From IMG/VR virus record IMGVR_UViG_3300020045_000748, positions 1 through 37,665 of that record: a stretch of 37,665 bases of DNA. The stretch is one strand, 5' to 3'. The notes beneath the pieces were generated by a model that worked only from the letters and a program-made list of their open reading frames with translations, did no database searches and had not been told where the DNA came from. Origin of the DNA: a virus (taxonomy: Duplodnaviria > Caudoviricetes). Positions 37,031 through 37,665 of this stretch are shown here, in pieces. Each line of letters begins with the position of its first letter. Within the stretch, counting starts at the first letter, position 1. Position numbers and translations under genes: made by a program.

Positions 37031-37075
37031 ATCGATTATTGTCTTTATATTATTAACTTAACACCTAAAAAGCGA

Positions 37076-37282
37076 ATGAAAATTAAAGCTAAATTTAAAG
37101 GTGCTGACGGTTCCCTCGGGTATCGTAACGGCGAAAACTATTCTCTGAATTTCGGCACTCGATTAACGCAGTGCCTAACCCGCGAAGCGATAGTAGTATC
37201 GCCCGAAGTCCACACAAAAAGCCAGACCCCTATCGTTTACGAAAGTCTTAAATCGTTCTTAAACAACTGGCAAATATTATGA
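37076..37282 (+). CDS. Hypothetical protein
   Basis: ATG 37076 (MKIKAKF), 68 aa; ATGA-coupled to the next gene. Confidence 0.7.
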   Translation: MKIKAKFKGADGSLGYRNGENYSLNFGTRLTQCLTREAIVVSPEVHTKSQTPIVYESLKSFLNNWQIL

Positions 37283-37587
37283 AAAAGAAACTATCTAAAC
37301 TCTTAAGGGCGTGGGCCGATAAATTGTACACCGAGCCCCGACCGTTTCGCGTACCAATTCACGAAACAAAACTGACACGTTACGCGATAGACTACGCCGT
37401 GAGCGATTACGAATATAATGCGCGATTACGCCGATTCAACGGACACCCCGCAAAAGACCGCTTAGACGACATTTTAAAACAAGAAGCCATAGTAAGGAAC
37501 GCAATAGGTTTATCAAACGCGGTTAACGTAACGCATGAGAGGGGCGAAATATTAGTAAAGGCCGAGTTTTATATCAAAGAAGAATGA
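37279..37587 (+). CDS. Hypothetical protein spanning the circular junction
   Basis: 102 aa; stop is equivalent to positions 41-43, 19 nt before the primase ATG. Confidence 0.72.
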   Translation: MKKKLSKLLRAWADKLYTEPRPFRVPIHETKLTRYAIDYAVSDYEYNARLRRFNGHPAKDRLDDILKQEAIVRNAIGLSNAVNVTHERGEILVKAEFYIKEE

Positions 37588-37665
37588 AAGAATACGTAAG
37601 CACCTTATGAGAAAATTAAAATATAACCTACCCCTAGACATCGCAGTAGCGAAATCGGCGCACGC
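37545..37665. repeat. 121-bp direct terminal repeat, copy 2
   Basis: Identical to 1-121. Confidence 0.97.

Noticed and set aside
37545-37665. Biological terminal repeat of the virion DNA
   Set aside because: It cuts through two coding regions and looks like an assembler overlap; it shows circularity only.
1-37665. Stop-codon reassignment or tRNA genes
   Set aside because: Core genes are full length under the standard code, and no cloverleaf was seen in the short intergenic gaps.

Overview
The window is an apparently complete, circularly assembled ~37.5 kb tailed (siphovirus-type) phage genome. Bases 1-121 are repeated exactly at 37545-37665, so the unit length is 37,544 bp. The host is probably a Bacteroidota, inferred from TTG-N19/20-TAnnTTTG promoters, AT-rich start regions without Shine-Dalgarno, and BACON-like domains. 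Modules: replication (Cas4-like DUF2800 nuclease, DUF2815 SSB, family A DNA polymerase, VirE/VapE primase-helicase, VRR-NUC, SNF2 helicase), a sigma-like regulator, packaging and lysis, a reverse-strand cluster of small early genes, an inverted portal-adaptor-holin block, tail genes placed before the head genes, and an SGNH-type tail spike. I found no integrase, repressor, methyltransferase, tRNA or CRISPR array. Most notable observations: (1) a TTATCTTTA motif 4-5 nt before the ATG of four structural operons (a variant precedes the portal operon), next to a phage sigma-like gene; (2) no Pro-Gly dipeptide in any predicted protein, consistent with CCNGG avoidance, plus apparent GATC/CCGG avoidance; (3) a nested inverted-repeat/iteron origin; (4) a 54-bp inverted promoter repeat bracketing the whole virion block; (5) a promoter-terminator unit that may make a small RNA; (6) a U9 -1 frameshift with a long dual-coded overlap. 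All annotations come from reading motifs by eye; no searches were run.
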